A stretch of DNA of 64,000 nt from an uncultured Candidatus Binatia bacterium (GCA_965218425.1 OZ244621.1:2016001-2080000), one strand, 5' to 3'; counted from the stretch's first letter, positions 1 through 9,496 are shown. Made by a program: numbers and translations. The notes: a model not told the origin generated them from the letters alone.

Positions 1-326
1 TACAAGCCGTTGGGCTTCTTGCGCATTGCAAACTGCAACGCGATGAGGCCATCGGCACCCGTTATGTTCTGGACGAGAAAGCGGGGGTTTCCCGGGAGAT
101 ACTTGCGTATGTGCACCGCCGCCAAGCGAGAGCTAATGTCCTGCCCCCCTCCAGGTCCATATCCCACAACGATGGTGATGGTCTTTCCCTTGTAGTGCTT
201 CGCGAGCTTGTCTTGATTTTGGGCCTCCGCCGTTGCACCGGTGAGGGTCAGTCCGCCGGTGTTCAAGGGAAACATGACGGCCACCACCAGTGAAATAAGC
301 AGCTGTTTACCTGTTATACGCTTCAT
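1..326 (-). CDS. Tripartite tricarboxylate transporter substrate-binding protein (TctC/Bug family), N-terminal part; runs off the window
   Basis: Manual translation MKRITGKQLLISLVVAVMFPL...HYKGKTITIVVGYGPGGGQDISSRLAAVHIRKYLPGNP shows a signal peptide and the Bug-type motif K-T-I-T-I-V-V-G-x-x-P-G-G-G-x-D. AGGAGG RBS upstream. Confidence 0.85.
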   Translation of the reverse strand, partial: MKRITGKQLLISLVVAVMFPLNTGGLTLTGATAEAQNQDKLAKHYKGKTITIVVGYGPGGGQDISSRLAAVHIRKYLPGNPRFLVQNITGADGLIALQFAMRKKPNGL

Positions 327-541
327 TGATCTCTCCTCCTTTTTAGGTTGAGATGGCACACGTGGTGCAACCGCGGAGCCGGGCATTCATTCGTAACTCC
401 GAATGCACCAACGTTGGAGGACTGACTGCTATCACATTCTCGTTTAATCCGTCAAGATTCCTTGACACCCCATATCGCCTATGGTAACGCGATGCTAAAT
501 TCTCTATATACCAGTCAAAAATATCCGCGAAGGAGTAGTCC

Positions 542-1555
542 ATGGCCGGTCTAAGACTCAGCTTTATCACGGGAGACCACGAGCGAGTTAAGCCTCTTTT
601 GGATGGGAGGGTAAAGGTGGAAGGCGTCGAGGAGATCACCACCACTATTTCGGATCCCTCCGTAACCTTCTGGCGCCAACTCACGTTCGAAGAGTTCGAG
701 ATCTCCGAGATGTCCATTTCCTCGTATTTGATCGCCCGGTCCAAAGGTATGGACATGATTGCCCTCCCTGCCTTCCCCGCGCGCCGTTTCATGCATACGG
801 GGTTGTCCGTCCACACGGACTCGGCGAAAGAACCGGGCGACCTCGTTGGGAAACGAATCGGCGTGGGCGACTACCAGCAGACCTCATCTCTCTGGACCCG
901 TGGCGTCCTGGAGCATGACTTTGGCGTCTCCCAATACAAAGTGGAGTGGTGGATGGAAAGATCTGAAGGCCTTAGTCACGGTGGTGCCACGGGTTTCACG
1001 CCTCCGCCGGGCATAAACTTCCACCGCATCCCAGAGAACAAGAGCCTGGCTACTATGCTCGTTAACCACGAGTTGGACGCTGCCCCGGTGGGCAGAGCCT
1101 TCCAACGAGGAGGTAACATTGTTGACCGTTCCACCCAAATTCGCGCAACGGGCGCGGATTGGAGCAAGGTGAAGCCCCTGTTCCCCGATCAGATGGCCGA
1201 AGGCAAGAGGTTCTTTCAGAAGCATGGCTATATCCCTGCCAACCACACCATTATCATCAGGGGAGATATTCACAAGAAGCATCCTTGGCTGGCGTTCAAC
1301 CTGTACTCGGCACTGATAGAGGCTAAAAAATTGGCAGAGGAAACCTTGGCGGAGCGTATACCGGCGAGCCTTGTGTTCGGCCGCGAATACTTGAAAATGA
1401 CCCGGGACATCTTCGGCAACGACCCGTTTCCTTACGGGATCGAGGCAAACCGGAAATTCCTCCAGACCACCATCGACTGCTCTCACGAACAGGGCTTGAC
1501 CCCAAGGAAGGAGAGGATCGAGGATCTATTTGCTCCCAGCACCTTGACCGTTTAA
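542..1555 (+). CDS. 4,5-dihydroxyphthalate decarboxylase-like protein (periplasmic-binding-protein fold)
   Basis: Motifs RVKPLLDGRVKVEG, FEISEMSISSY, ALPAFPARRFMH, LVGKRIGVGDYQQT and DPFPYGIEANR are typical of the Pht5/OphC family. Adjacent to a Rieske oxygenase. Confidence 0.75.
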   Translation: MAGLRLSFITGDHERVKPLLDGRVKVEGVEEITTTISDPSVTFWRQLTFEEFEISEMSISSYLIARSKGMDMIALPAFPARRFMHTGLSVHTDSAKEPGDLVGKRIGVGDYQQTSSLWTRGVLEHDFGVSQYKVEWWMERSEGLSHGGATGFTPPPGINFHRIPENKSLATMLVNHELDAAPVGRAFQRGGNIVDRSTQIRATGADWSKVKPLFPDQMAEGKRFFQKHGYIPANHTIIIRGDIHKKHPWLAFNLYSALIEAKKLAEETLAERIPASLVFGREYLKMTRDIFGNDPFPYGIEANRKFLQTTIDCSHEQGLTPRKERIEDLFAPSTLTV

Positions 1556-1576
1556 GCTAGTAGTGAGGAGAAACCC

Positions 1577-2839
1577 ATGCTAAGCGCACAAGAGAACGAG
1601 GAGTTGACCCGCGTTGGTCCCGGCACTCCCATGGGAGAGCTGCTGCGCCGCTATTGGTTCCCTGTTGCCACCTGCCAGCAACTTAACGAGAACCCGGTCA
1701 GGTCAGTCCGCCTGCTCGGCGAGTCACTCACACTCTTCCGCGACCGTCAGGGACGCCTGGGTCTCATCGCTCAGCGCTGCGCCCACCGTAGCGTTGACCT
1801 GAAGTACGGTATCCCCGAGCAAGAAGGACTCCGTTGTCCCTACCATGGGTGGATGTATGACACCACCGGCCAGTGCGTCGATCAACCGGCAGAAACCCCT
1901 GAGACGACTTTCAAACAGCGGGTCAAGCTAAAATCCTACCCTGCGCAGGAGATGGGAGGCTTGATTTGGACCTACCTGGGCCCCAAACCTGAACCGCTGC
2001 TGCCGCGGTGGGACCTGTTCGTAATGGACAATGTCTTTCGTCAGATTGGCACCACCGTCGTACCCTGCAATTGGCTCCAGTGTCAGGAGAACTCCGTGGA
2101 CACCGTCCACACCTCCTACGCCCACGGCAGGTTCGGTCTCTACGCGGTAGAGCGCCTCGGCATCACCGATCCTCGCAAGGTCAATCAGTTTCAAAGAATC
2201 AGTCGGCCCCATAAAAAGATTGCCTTTGATCGGGTGGAGGTGGGGATTCAGAAGCGTAGGTTAGTGGAAGGGGAAACGGAGGAATCCCAGCAGTGGAAGA
2301 CCGGCCATCCTCTGGTTTTTCCGAACTATGTGCGCATCGGACAACCCGGCTATTCAGAGTTCCAAATTCGAATCCCCATAGATGATACCCACACCTGGCA
2401 CCTGGGCTACCATGTTCACTTTCCTGGTCCCGAGGTGGATGTGCCACCGCAGGATCCTGTCCCGTCCTTCGAGGTTCCCATCAGGGACCTCCCCGACTAC
2501 ATCGTCGGCCAGGACATGGTGGTCTGGCAGGCGCAGGGTGATATCGTGGACCGGTCAAAGGAAAGGCTCGCGGAAACGGACAAGGGCCTCGTCATGTTCC
2601 GTAAGATGCTGATGGAGCAGATCAAGATCGTCCAGGAAGGCGGCGACCCCATTAATACCATCCGCGACCCGGCCCAAAACGAGCGCATCGACCTCGAGAT
2701 GGAAGACTATAGGGGCGTGCGGAAATACCAGAAGGGCGGAGTATTTTACGGGAACCAGGGAACGTTCAGTCCTGTACTGGAACAGCTGGACGAATTAATG
2801 ACCAAGGGCGCAGAGGGTTTAAAACGCGCCGGACGTTAA
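1577..2839 (+). CDS. Rieske non-heme iron aromatic ring-hydroxylating oxygenase, phthalate 4,5-dioxygenase-like alpha subunit
   Basis: Rieske motif CAH...CPYHGW, mononuclear iron motif ENSVDTVHTSYAH, and N-terminus LTRVGPGTPMGELLRRYW. Confidence 0.9.
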   Translation: MLSAQENEELTRVGPGTPMGELLRRYWFPVATCQQLNENPVRSVRLLGESLTLFRDRQGRLGLIAQRCAHRSVDLKYGIPEQEGLRCPYHGWMYDTTGQCVDQPAETPETTFKQRVKLKSYPAQEMGGLIWTYLGPKPEPLLPRWDLFVMDNVFRQIGTTVVPCNWLQCQENSVDTVHTSYAHGRFGLYAVERLGITDPRKVNQFQRISRPHKKIAFDRVEVGIQKRRLVEGETEESQQWKTGHPLVFPNYVRIGQPGYSEFQIRIPIDDTHTWHLGYHVHFPGPEVDVPPQDPVPSFEVPIRDLPDYIVGQDMVVWQAQGDIVDRSKERLAETDKGLVMFRKMLMEQIKIVQEGGDPINTIRDPAQNERIDLEMEDYRGVRKYQKGGVFYGNQGTFSPVLEQLDELMTKGAEGLKRAGR

Positions 2840-3101
2840 TCGGCAGGCAGTGGGCACTTGGCGGCAATCAGGAATAGAGAAAGACAACAAGCAGCTGGCA
2901 AATAACAGCAAAAAAATTCAGTTGGCAATCAGCGCTCTCGCGCTGGTTTTTGCATATCGGAGCAGGATTTCCCGGGTGAAGTGATCATAGAACCAAGCAT
3001 TCTACCGATTTCGTCGTGCTGTGAACCTGCTGCTTTCTGTCTTACCGGGCATCGTGACTCAGTACTTTCTACTCCCACGCTGAGAGCTGATGGCTTATTG
3101 A

Positions 3102-4055
3102 TCACTTCCCGAGGACAGCGCGGATTGCCTCTGCAATACGTGATCGTGAAGGGCTGATATAGTCTTCCAATGGTTCACTGTAGGGGACCGGCACATCCAG
3201 GGTGTTAACCCGCTGGATCCCTGCTTTGAGCTTGTGGAAACCGGTCTCCACGATCCTCGCTGAGAGCTCCGCCGCTACTCCACAACTCTGGTGACATTCG
3301 TCCACGATCACCACCCGTGCGGTCTTTTCCACCGATGCCATGATGGCTTGAAAATCCAACGGAACCAATGTCCGCGGATCCACCACCTCCACATCCGTGC
3401 CTTCTCGGGCAAGACCCTCGGCAACCGTAAGGGAGCGCTGCACCATATATGAGGTGGCGATGACCGTGACATCCTTTCCCACGCGCTTCACATCCGCTTT
3501 ACCGAGGGGTATCGCCTCGTCCTCCTCGGGGACCGGTCCCCGGATTGAACCGAGGGCCCTGTGATCAATGAAGACGGTAGGGTTATTCGAGTTCACCGCG
3601 GATTTCAGCAGTCCCTTCACATCCCGCGGAGATGCAGGTAGGACAATTTCCAGGCCGGGAGAATTCCAGAACATGGCCTGCGGGCTGTGCGAGTGTTGCG
3701 CGCCGCCTCCACCTCGCAGCCCATGGGACATGTGAAAGACCACCGGCGTCTGCGTCTGTCCACCTGACATATAAAGGGCGTTGGCCGCCTCATTGACTAT
3801 CTGAGGCCAGGCCTCGAAGACGAAGCTACCGTTACCAAGGTCCACAATGGGTCGAAGCCCGGCCATGGCTGCACCGATACCAAGACCAGCGGCCCCCAGC
3901 TCCGAGATGGGCATGGAGGCGACCCTGTCGGGATACCGTTGTTGGATCTCTCTATAGGATCTGAGACCCCGGGCCATCAGATGAACCTTGTCCTCGGCGG
4001 CAAAGATCTCACGCAGTGCCTCTTGCTTCGCCTCGCTATACGTCAATTCACGCAT
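3102..4055 (-). CDS. 2-oxoacid/acetoin dehydrogenase E1 beta subunit (ThDP-dependent)
   Basis: Motifs PISE, GAAMAGLRPIV, GAQHS, GKDVTVIA and EVVDPRTLVPLD. Confidence 0.9.
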   Translation of the reverse strand: MRELTYSEAKQEALREIFAAEDKVHLMARGLRSYREIQQRYPDRVASMPISELGAAGLGIGAAMAGLRPIVDLGNGSFVFEAWPQIVNEAANALYMSGGQTQTPVVFHMSHGLRGGGGAQHSHSPQAMFWNSPGLEIVLPASPRDVKGLLKSAVNSNNPTVFIDHRALGSIRGPVPEEDEAIPLGKADVKRVGKDVTVIATSYMVQRSLTVAEGLAREGTDVEVVDPRTLVPLDFQAIMASVEKTARVVIVDECHQSCGVAAELSARIVETGFHKLKAGIQRVNTLDVPVPYSEPLEDYISPSRSRIAEAIRAVLGK

Positions 4056-4097
4056 CGTCTTTAATTCTTAGCTATCAAAGGACCTTAGGAAACCAGC

Positions 4098-4445
4098 TAT
4101 TAACCGCGGATCTTCGCCGATAATGATTCACCGCAGAGGCGCAGAGAAATTCATTTTTTGTCCGTCGGGAGACGACGACAAACAAAAACATGCCTCTTCT
4201 AAAGACGAGGTGTTTTGCCCAATTGTGGTCTCCCGATCGGGCAAAAATTTTTGCCTCAGCATACTTTGCGTCTTTGCGGTGAGAGTCTTAAAAAATCCGT
4301 CGTCCATAATCCTTCCCAGCCTGATCGCCACCTACCGCCCTGTGCATGCTGTTTGCGCTATGCGCTTTGCTGTTCTAAATCTATGTCCATCCGCGTGAGC
4401 CTGCGGTTAATAACTTTTTTCGGTCTTGGCGTCTTGGCGCGAAAA
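4098..4445. repeat. Composite nested inverted-repeat island between E1 alpha and beta, containing twin-hairpin element copy 1
   Basis: TATTAACCGCGG (4098) pairs with CTGCGGTTAATA (4401). TCACCGCAGAGGCGCAGAG (4128) pairs with CTTTGCGTCTTTGCGGTGA (4264). Two hairpins lie at 4155-4246. Confidence 0.8.
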
Positions 4446-4466
4446 ACAAATCCCTGCGCCTGAGAC

Positions 4467-5480
4467 TTAGATAAATACATCCTCCAGTGCCACCTCCGGC
4501 GCGGGACCGGGGCTAGCCAAGGCAAATTTGATTGCCCGGTCAATGGCCGCCCGTGCATCAAGCTCCAACTGAACGATCTCTTCTTTGGTCGCCTGTTTTG
4601 CCTCCACGAGCTCGCGGATGAGTATCAAAAGCGGGTCTTCGTCGCGGTACCAGTCCCGTTCGGCCTCGGGGACCGGAGCGAGATTCCAGGCCAGGGAGGC
4701 GTCGGTAGGAAAGGGTACCCTAGGTGAATTTGTCGCGCTGCCCGGAAAACGAATGGTTTCAGCCTCGATGAACTGAGGTCCTTCCCCGGCGCGGATTTTA
4801 CGGATGGCTTGCGATGCCACGTTGTGGACCGCGCCAAAATCCCTACCCTCCACCCGTACGGAGGGGATTCCATAGGCTGACGAAATGTTGGTCAGCGGAT
4901 TTGCCGCCATGCTCGTCGGTCCTTGTGGTTGGCTACGGCTCAGCATTGCGTTGTTCTCGCATAGATAAAGCACCGGTAACTTCTGAAGGGAGGCCAGGTT
5001 AAAGGCCTCCACTGCCGCGCCTTCCTCCAAGGCCCCGTCACCGAACAGGCACAGAGCCACGGCGTTGTTTTTTTGTGCCCTCATGGCATAAGCCGCGCCT
5101 GCCGCCAGAGGGATCATTCCCGCCACGATGGCAGAGGTGTGGAGTATTCCCAGTGAAGCGACAGTGGTATGAAAGGTCCCGCCCTTGCCCTTGTTGTAAC
5201 CGTCACGCCGTCCAAGGATCTCGGCCATCAGGCGTCCTGGCTCCGCTCCCCGTGCCAGGAGGTGACCATGGTTGCGGTGGGTACTGAACACATAGTCTCG
5301 TGCCTCCAGACAGAAGAGCACCGGGACTCCTATGGCCTCCTGTCCAATATAGAGGTGGTATTCGCCCCTGAATCGTCCTTCCCCATAAAGGCCCACAAGG
5401 GCCTCCTCAAAATGACGAATCAGGAACATCTTACGACAAGACTGTATGAGAACATTTTTTGGCAGATTCGCTAGCATCAC
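4467..5480 (-). CDS. 2-oxoacid/acetoin dehydrogenase E1 alpha subunit (ThDP-dependent)
   Basis: Motifs HLYIGQEA, STHRNHGH, GKGGTFH and the ThDP motif GDGALEEG...CENN. Confidence 0.9.
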   Translation of the reverse strand: MMLANLPKNVLIQSCRKMFLIRHFEEALVGLYGEGRFRGEYHLYIGQEAIGVPVLFCLEARDYVFSTHRNHGHLLARGAEPGRLMAEILGRRDGYNKGKGGTFHTTVASLGILHTSAIVAGMIPLAAGAAYAMRAQKNNAVALCLFGDGALEEGAAVEAFNLASLQKLPVLYLCENNAMLSRSQPQGPTSMAANPLTNISSAYGIPSVRVEGRDFGAVHNVASQAIRKIRAGEGPQFIEAETIRFPGSATNSPRVPFPTDASLAWNLAPVPEAERDWYRDEDPLLILIRELVEAKQATKEEIVQLELDARAAIDRAIKFALASPGPAPEVALEDVFI

Positions 5481-5499
5481 CCTGCCCTTTTACCCCCAA

Positions 5500-5530
5500 C
5501 TGATAGGCCCAAGGACCGAACCTTGTCAAG
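5500..5530 (-). promoter_or_regulatory. Putative sigma70 promoter of the E1 alpha/beta operon
   Basis: Minus strand reads TTGACA-N18-TATCAG. The 31 bp are 25/31 identical to 7581-7611. Confidence 0.55.
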
Positions 5531-5856
5531 GTCTCTGTCCACTGTCGGAAATGAGTTATCCCCCTTTTCGCTCCTGTTGTAAAGCCCTGCAGGAGAAACC
5601 TCACTGCAAATACACTAGTGGTTTTACGAGTTGACCGGATGGGGAGAGGTTGCTATCACAATAAGCACAATCAGCGTAGAACCCAATGCTGACGGCGCTC
5701 TTGCAATAATTTATTGGGTCTTGCTGCACTTGCCTAGGGAATCCGCGATTTAGGGACTATGCGGCATGGGGGTAACAGGTATCGGGCGCCTGAAAGAACG
5801 AGCCGACGATCTCAGGACTCTTTTGCAGGTAGCGAAGCCTTCCCACCACAGCCCGA

Positions 5857-6273
5857 TGCAAGATAAGGTACGCTTTAAGGCCTACCCGGGGAGGAACTGG
5901 GGGGCTTGATATTCGTATAATGGCTCCCCGACCGGCGCCGCTCCTTCCACGATGGGACATTCTGGTTTGGAAAAACGTCACCAGGGAAATTAAAAAGGTC
6001 ATGCTGCCCGCCAACGGGCTCCAGTGTATGGACAACTCACTGGACCCCGTTCACTTCCAGTGGCTCCATCGCTTGTTCCGCAAGATGGTGGAGGAGCAGA
6101 TCAAGACGGTGGAAAAAGGTGGCGATCCGATTAACGTGCACCGGGACCCCGCCAAAAACCGGTGCATCACCCTTGCCACCGAGCACACTTACTATCCGGG
6201 ATACACGAAAACGGGCGGGCCCTTTGCGGACAAACCCTTGGTTCCACCAGAGGTGGAGGCCGATCTAAAGTAG
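5857..6273 (+). pseudogene. Remnant of a Rieske oxygenase paralog (Rieske domain and central catalytic region deleted)
   Basis: PLLPRWDILV...LQCMDNSLDPVH is fused directly to LFRKMVEEQIKTVEKGGDPIN; these match two distant segments of 1577-2839. A frameshifted KVRFKAYP/EELGGLI segment lies upstream. Confidence 0.8.
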
Positions 6274-6280
6274 AGCCAGG

Positions 6281-7540
6281 TCAGGCGCTGTACTCCACCG
6301 GCATGGGCACCTGATGCGTAAGGCGCACGTCTTTTCCGGTGCGAGACGATTCCATAAGGCCAGTGATGAGTTCGAGGGTGGCCATACCCCAGGCTCCGTC
6401 ATGGTACACGGGAGTGCCGTTTACCACCGCATTGTAGAGTTCTAGCAAGTCCTCAGTGCCGGCCCGGTACTGAGTCTCGCCCATATCGAGGTCCTCCTTA
6501 CCGCTATCGCGGTAGATGTATAACCCAAACTTGGACTGCCGCAGCTCACCCCGCTCGCAGGTGGCAATGAGGATCCCCAGGTTCGCCGGCACCCAGGGCT
6601 TGCGCTCCTTCGGGCGCTCGCGCCAGGTGCGGCGCTCGTGTTCCGATCCGATGCGGAGGTCCTGCTTTGCCGCAAACTCGTTTCGGGTGCCCGCCTTTAT
6701 CTGCTTTCGCACCTCGATCCTCTGCTCCGGGGTATAGCGCTCCAGGATTCCTCGCTCATCACCCCAGGGCACCAGCTCAGCGGTCATGGTATACCCGTAT
6801 CCGCCGTTCACCACGATGGAACTCACTCCGCTTTCAAACTCGATAAACGCAGAGTAGTAGCCTGGCGCCGCGCGCTCGGGCCACCAATTACCCACGGTGC
6901 CGCGGATGGTTTTGGCCATCCCACCGCCCAGGAGTCGCACCGAGTCGAGCTGGTGAGGTCCCTGCCGGTAGAGGAGTCCCCCACCGCGCGACTCATCCAG
7001 CTCTTCAGGTTGGCGCGCCTGAAGCATCCAGTCCGTGTAGGTAAAAATATTGACGGCCTTGAGAGGCCCTAGCTCGCCCGACTGGATGATGCGCCGCATT
7101 TGCATCACCGGCGGGCTGAACCCAATGGTGTGACCGCACAGGAGCTTGACGTTGTTTTTCGCCGCGGCCTCCACCATCTGCTCGGCTTCCACCATGTTCA
7201 ATGCCATGGGTTTCTCCGAAACCACGTGCTTTCCCGAGTTTGCCGCAAGCACCGTGTGGGGGAAGTGGAGGTAGTTGGGTGTCGACACCCAGACTGCGTC
7301 CACATTGGGGTCCGCGCATAGACCCTCGGGGCTGTCATACACTTTGGCTTCCGGATACCGCTTGGCAAAAGCTTCCCGGACCTCGGAGCTAATATCCGCT
7401 CCCGCCACCAGATGGATCTCCGGTATGGACTCCATCTGGGGCATGATCTGGGTCGCACCCACGCCGATCCCAATGATACCCATTCTGAGGGGCTTCGTCG
7501 GCCCTCCAACCTTCGAGCCGGACTGTTGGGCTGCCGTCAT
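6281..7540 (-). CDS. Gfo/Idh/MocA oxidoreductase, phthalate 4,5-cis-dihydrodiol dehydrogenase-like
   Basis: Rossmann GIIGIG, DAVWVSTP, GKHVVSEKPMA, YTDWMLQARQPEELD and GPHQLDSVRLLGG resemble Pht4/OphB. Confidence 0.85.
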   Translation of the reverse strand: MTAAQQSGSKVGGPTKPLRMGIIGIGVGATQIMPQMESIPEIHLVAGADISSEVREAFAKRYPEAKVYDSPEGLCADPNVDAVWVSTPNYLHFPHTVLAANSGKHVVSEKPMALNMVEAEQMVEAAAKNNVKLLCGHTIGFSPPVMQMRRIIQSGELGPLKAVNIFTYTDWMLQARQPEELDESRGGGLLYRQGPHQLDSVRLLGGGMAKTIRGTVGNWWPERAAPGYYSAFIEFESGVSSIVVNGGYGYTMTAELVPWGDERGILERYTPEQRIEVRKQIKAGTRNEFAAKQDLRIGSEHERRTWRERPKERKPWVPANLGILIATCERGELRQSKFGLYIYRDSGKEDLDMGETQYRAGTEDLLELYNAVVNGTPVYHDGAWGMATLELITGLMESSRTGKDVRLTHQVPMPVEYSA

Positions 7541-7580
7541 GTCGTCTCCTTATTCCTATCCCACATTCCCTCGAAGCTAC

Positions 7581-7611
7581 CTGTTACGCCCAACCCCGGA
7601 ACCTTGTCAAG
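7581..7611 (-). promoter_or_regulatory. Putative sigma70 promoter of the Gfo/Idh/MocA gene
   Basis: Minus strand reads TTGACA-N18-TAACAG; near copy of 5500-5530. Confidence 0.55.
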
Positions 7612-7974
7612 ACTGACCGGGCTATTCAATCGTTGCCGACAGATTGCTCAACCGAAAGACCTCAGAAAACCGGCTATCAGCTCGCTAGTGCTGAGGACTG
7701 AGCGAGAACAGTAAAGAGACAGCAGACTATGGACAACGAACTTCAGACTCCCGGTCGTCAATCCCCCAACCCCAGTAAGAGGTGACCAGTCGGTAGCCGC
7801 CCGTCCCGTAGTCGGTTTGCGCTTTGCGCCTTGCTATTCCCATCGTCTGCTTAAATCTCCGGTTAATTGCTCCTGCTCGTTTCCCAATTACTCAGTACTT
7901 GCTCCTCAGCACTGAATTGTGCTTTGCGGGCTTGGCGTCTTAGCGCGATAAACTTCCTTAATTTGGAGTGGAAA

Positions 7975-8047
<73 letters not shown>

Positions 8048-8183
8048 GCGCTAGCAAGGTTGGCTACTCGGTCATTTCAACCGAGTTGGGGCTTTCTTGT
8101 TAGCATGCAGCCGACCGATTTTGCAATATCTTTTCACCGGTGGCGCCGTTAAACTATCTGGATTGGCCACCGCAACAACCCTG

Positions 8184-8400
8184 CTATTTTACCCCCGCCA
8201 ATTTCTTGTACATCTTAAGGGTCTTGGGAGAGGTTTGCGACAGCTGCTTCATGTCCGCCTCGATTTTCTGCCACGATGAACGAGACACGATTATCCCCCG
8301 ACGCTCCGCGTCTTTTTCAAACTCTGGGCTATTGAAGGTCTTTTTGAACGCCTCCCGAAGGATTGCCAGTCGCTGCGGTGGCACTCCCGGCGTGGGCACG
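8184..8400 (-). pseudogene. C-terminal fragment of a TctC/Bug-family binding protein
   Basis: PGVPPQRLAILREAFKKTFNSPEFEKDAERRG is typical of the Bug C-terminus. No N-terminal part is present. Confidence 0.65.
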
Positions 8401-8536
8401 GAATGAGATGGGGCTGGAGAAACGGCTATGAGCCCAAGGGGGTGCAAAGCGAGGCGAAACTGGCGCGATGAATAGTAATCAGGTCCTCCGAAAAAGAGAA
8501 ACAGAGTACCGATTATTAACAGAGCATAGCTGATGG

Positions 8537-9496
8537 CTAACGTTTCAGATCGTTGGCTTTCTTTTCGATGAAGTCAATGATTTGGCCTTCGAGGTGGGCG
8601 CTGTCGAGGGCGTTGATTTCCTGGACGCAGGTGGGGCTTGTTACATTGATTTCCGTTACATAATCGCCGATAACATCAAGACCGACAAAATAGAGACCCA
8701 ATTTTTTAAATGGCTCGGACAGGACACGGCAGATCTCACGATCTCTCGACATGATCTTGGCCCGGACGGAGTCGCCCCCTACGTGGAGGTTGGCCCGGGT
8801 TTCGTCCTCCTTCGGCACTCGCAACACCGCTCCGATGGGCTCGCCGTTGAGCACGAGAACCCGCTTGTCCCCTATACGTATCTCAGGAAGGTAGCGCTGG
8901 CCCATCACCGGAGTCTTCCCCTCCACCGTAGCGAGTTCCAACACAGCGTTCAGGTTCCGATCCTTGAGATTAAGGTGGAAAACCCCTTGTCCACCACAGC
9001 CCTCCAAGGGCTTCACGATCATCTCGCCGTCTTGTTCCTCCATAAATTCTTTCAGGCGCGGGATGCTGCTGGTAATAATGGACGGCGGAATGATCTCAGG
9101 AAAGTTGAGAGCGTAGAGTTTTTCCGTGGCTTCCCTGAGGCCCATTGGATTGTTCACCACAAGACATTTCCGATGGTCAACAAGGCTTAATAGGTGGGTT
9201 GCGAAAAAGTAGTTGAGGTCAAAGGGTGGGTCTTTACGCATCAATACGACGTCAAACCATTCGAGAGGTTGTGTGCCGGCCGTCCCGAACTGGAAGTGAG
9301 GGTTGGCCCGGGCGACGTTGATCCTGCGAAACTGTGCTACGGGCGTCGCGTTCCTAACATATAGATCCTGTTGGCCCATGTAATAGATCTCATGCCCCCT
9401 GGCCTGTGCCTCGAGCATCAGGACAAAGGTGGTGTCCTTTTCGATGTCGATCTTCTCGATCGGATCCATTATGATGCCAAATCTTAAATTAGACAT
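8537..9496 (-). CDS. gshB: Glutathione synthetase
   Basis: Motifs IMDPI...KDTTF, MRKDPPFD, NLHVGG and EINVTSPT. Confidence 0.96.
   Translation of the reverse strand: MSNLRFGIIMDPIEKIDIEKDTTFVLMLEAQARGHEIYYMGQQDLYVRNATPVAQFRRINVARANPHFQFGTAGTQPLEWFDVVLMRKDPPFDLNYFFATHLLSLVDHRKCLVVNNPMGLREATEKLYALNFPEIIPPSIITSSIPRLKEFMEEQDGEMIVKPLEGCGGQGVFHLNLKDRNLNAVLELATVEGKTPVMGQRYLPEIRIGDKRVLVLNGEPIGAVLRVPKEDETRANLHVGGDSVRAKIMSRDREICRVLSEPFKKLGLYFVGLDVIGDYVTEINVTSPTCVQEINALDSAHLEGQIIDFIEKKANDLKR

Noticed and set aside
884..1486. Long antisense ORFs opposite real genes (e.g. 884-1486, 8582-9190, 60062-60550)
   Set aside because: Expected shadows of GC-rich coding sequence; no motifs or RBS.
4123..4561. Short ORFs over repeat islands (also 10487-10807, 14461-14757, 17608-18208, 29195-29383)
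   Set aside because: They are translations of palindromic repeats with no protein-like signal.
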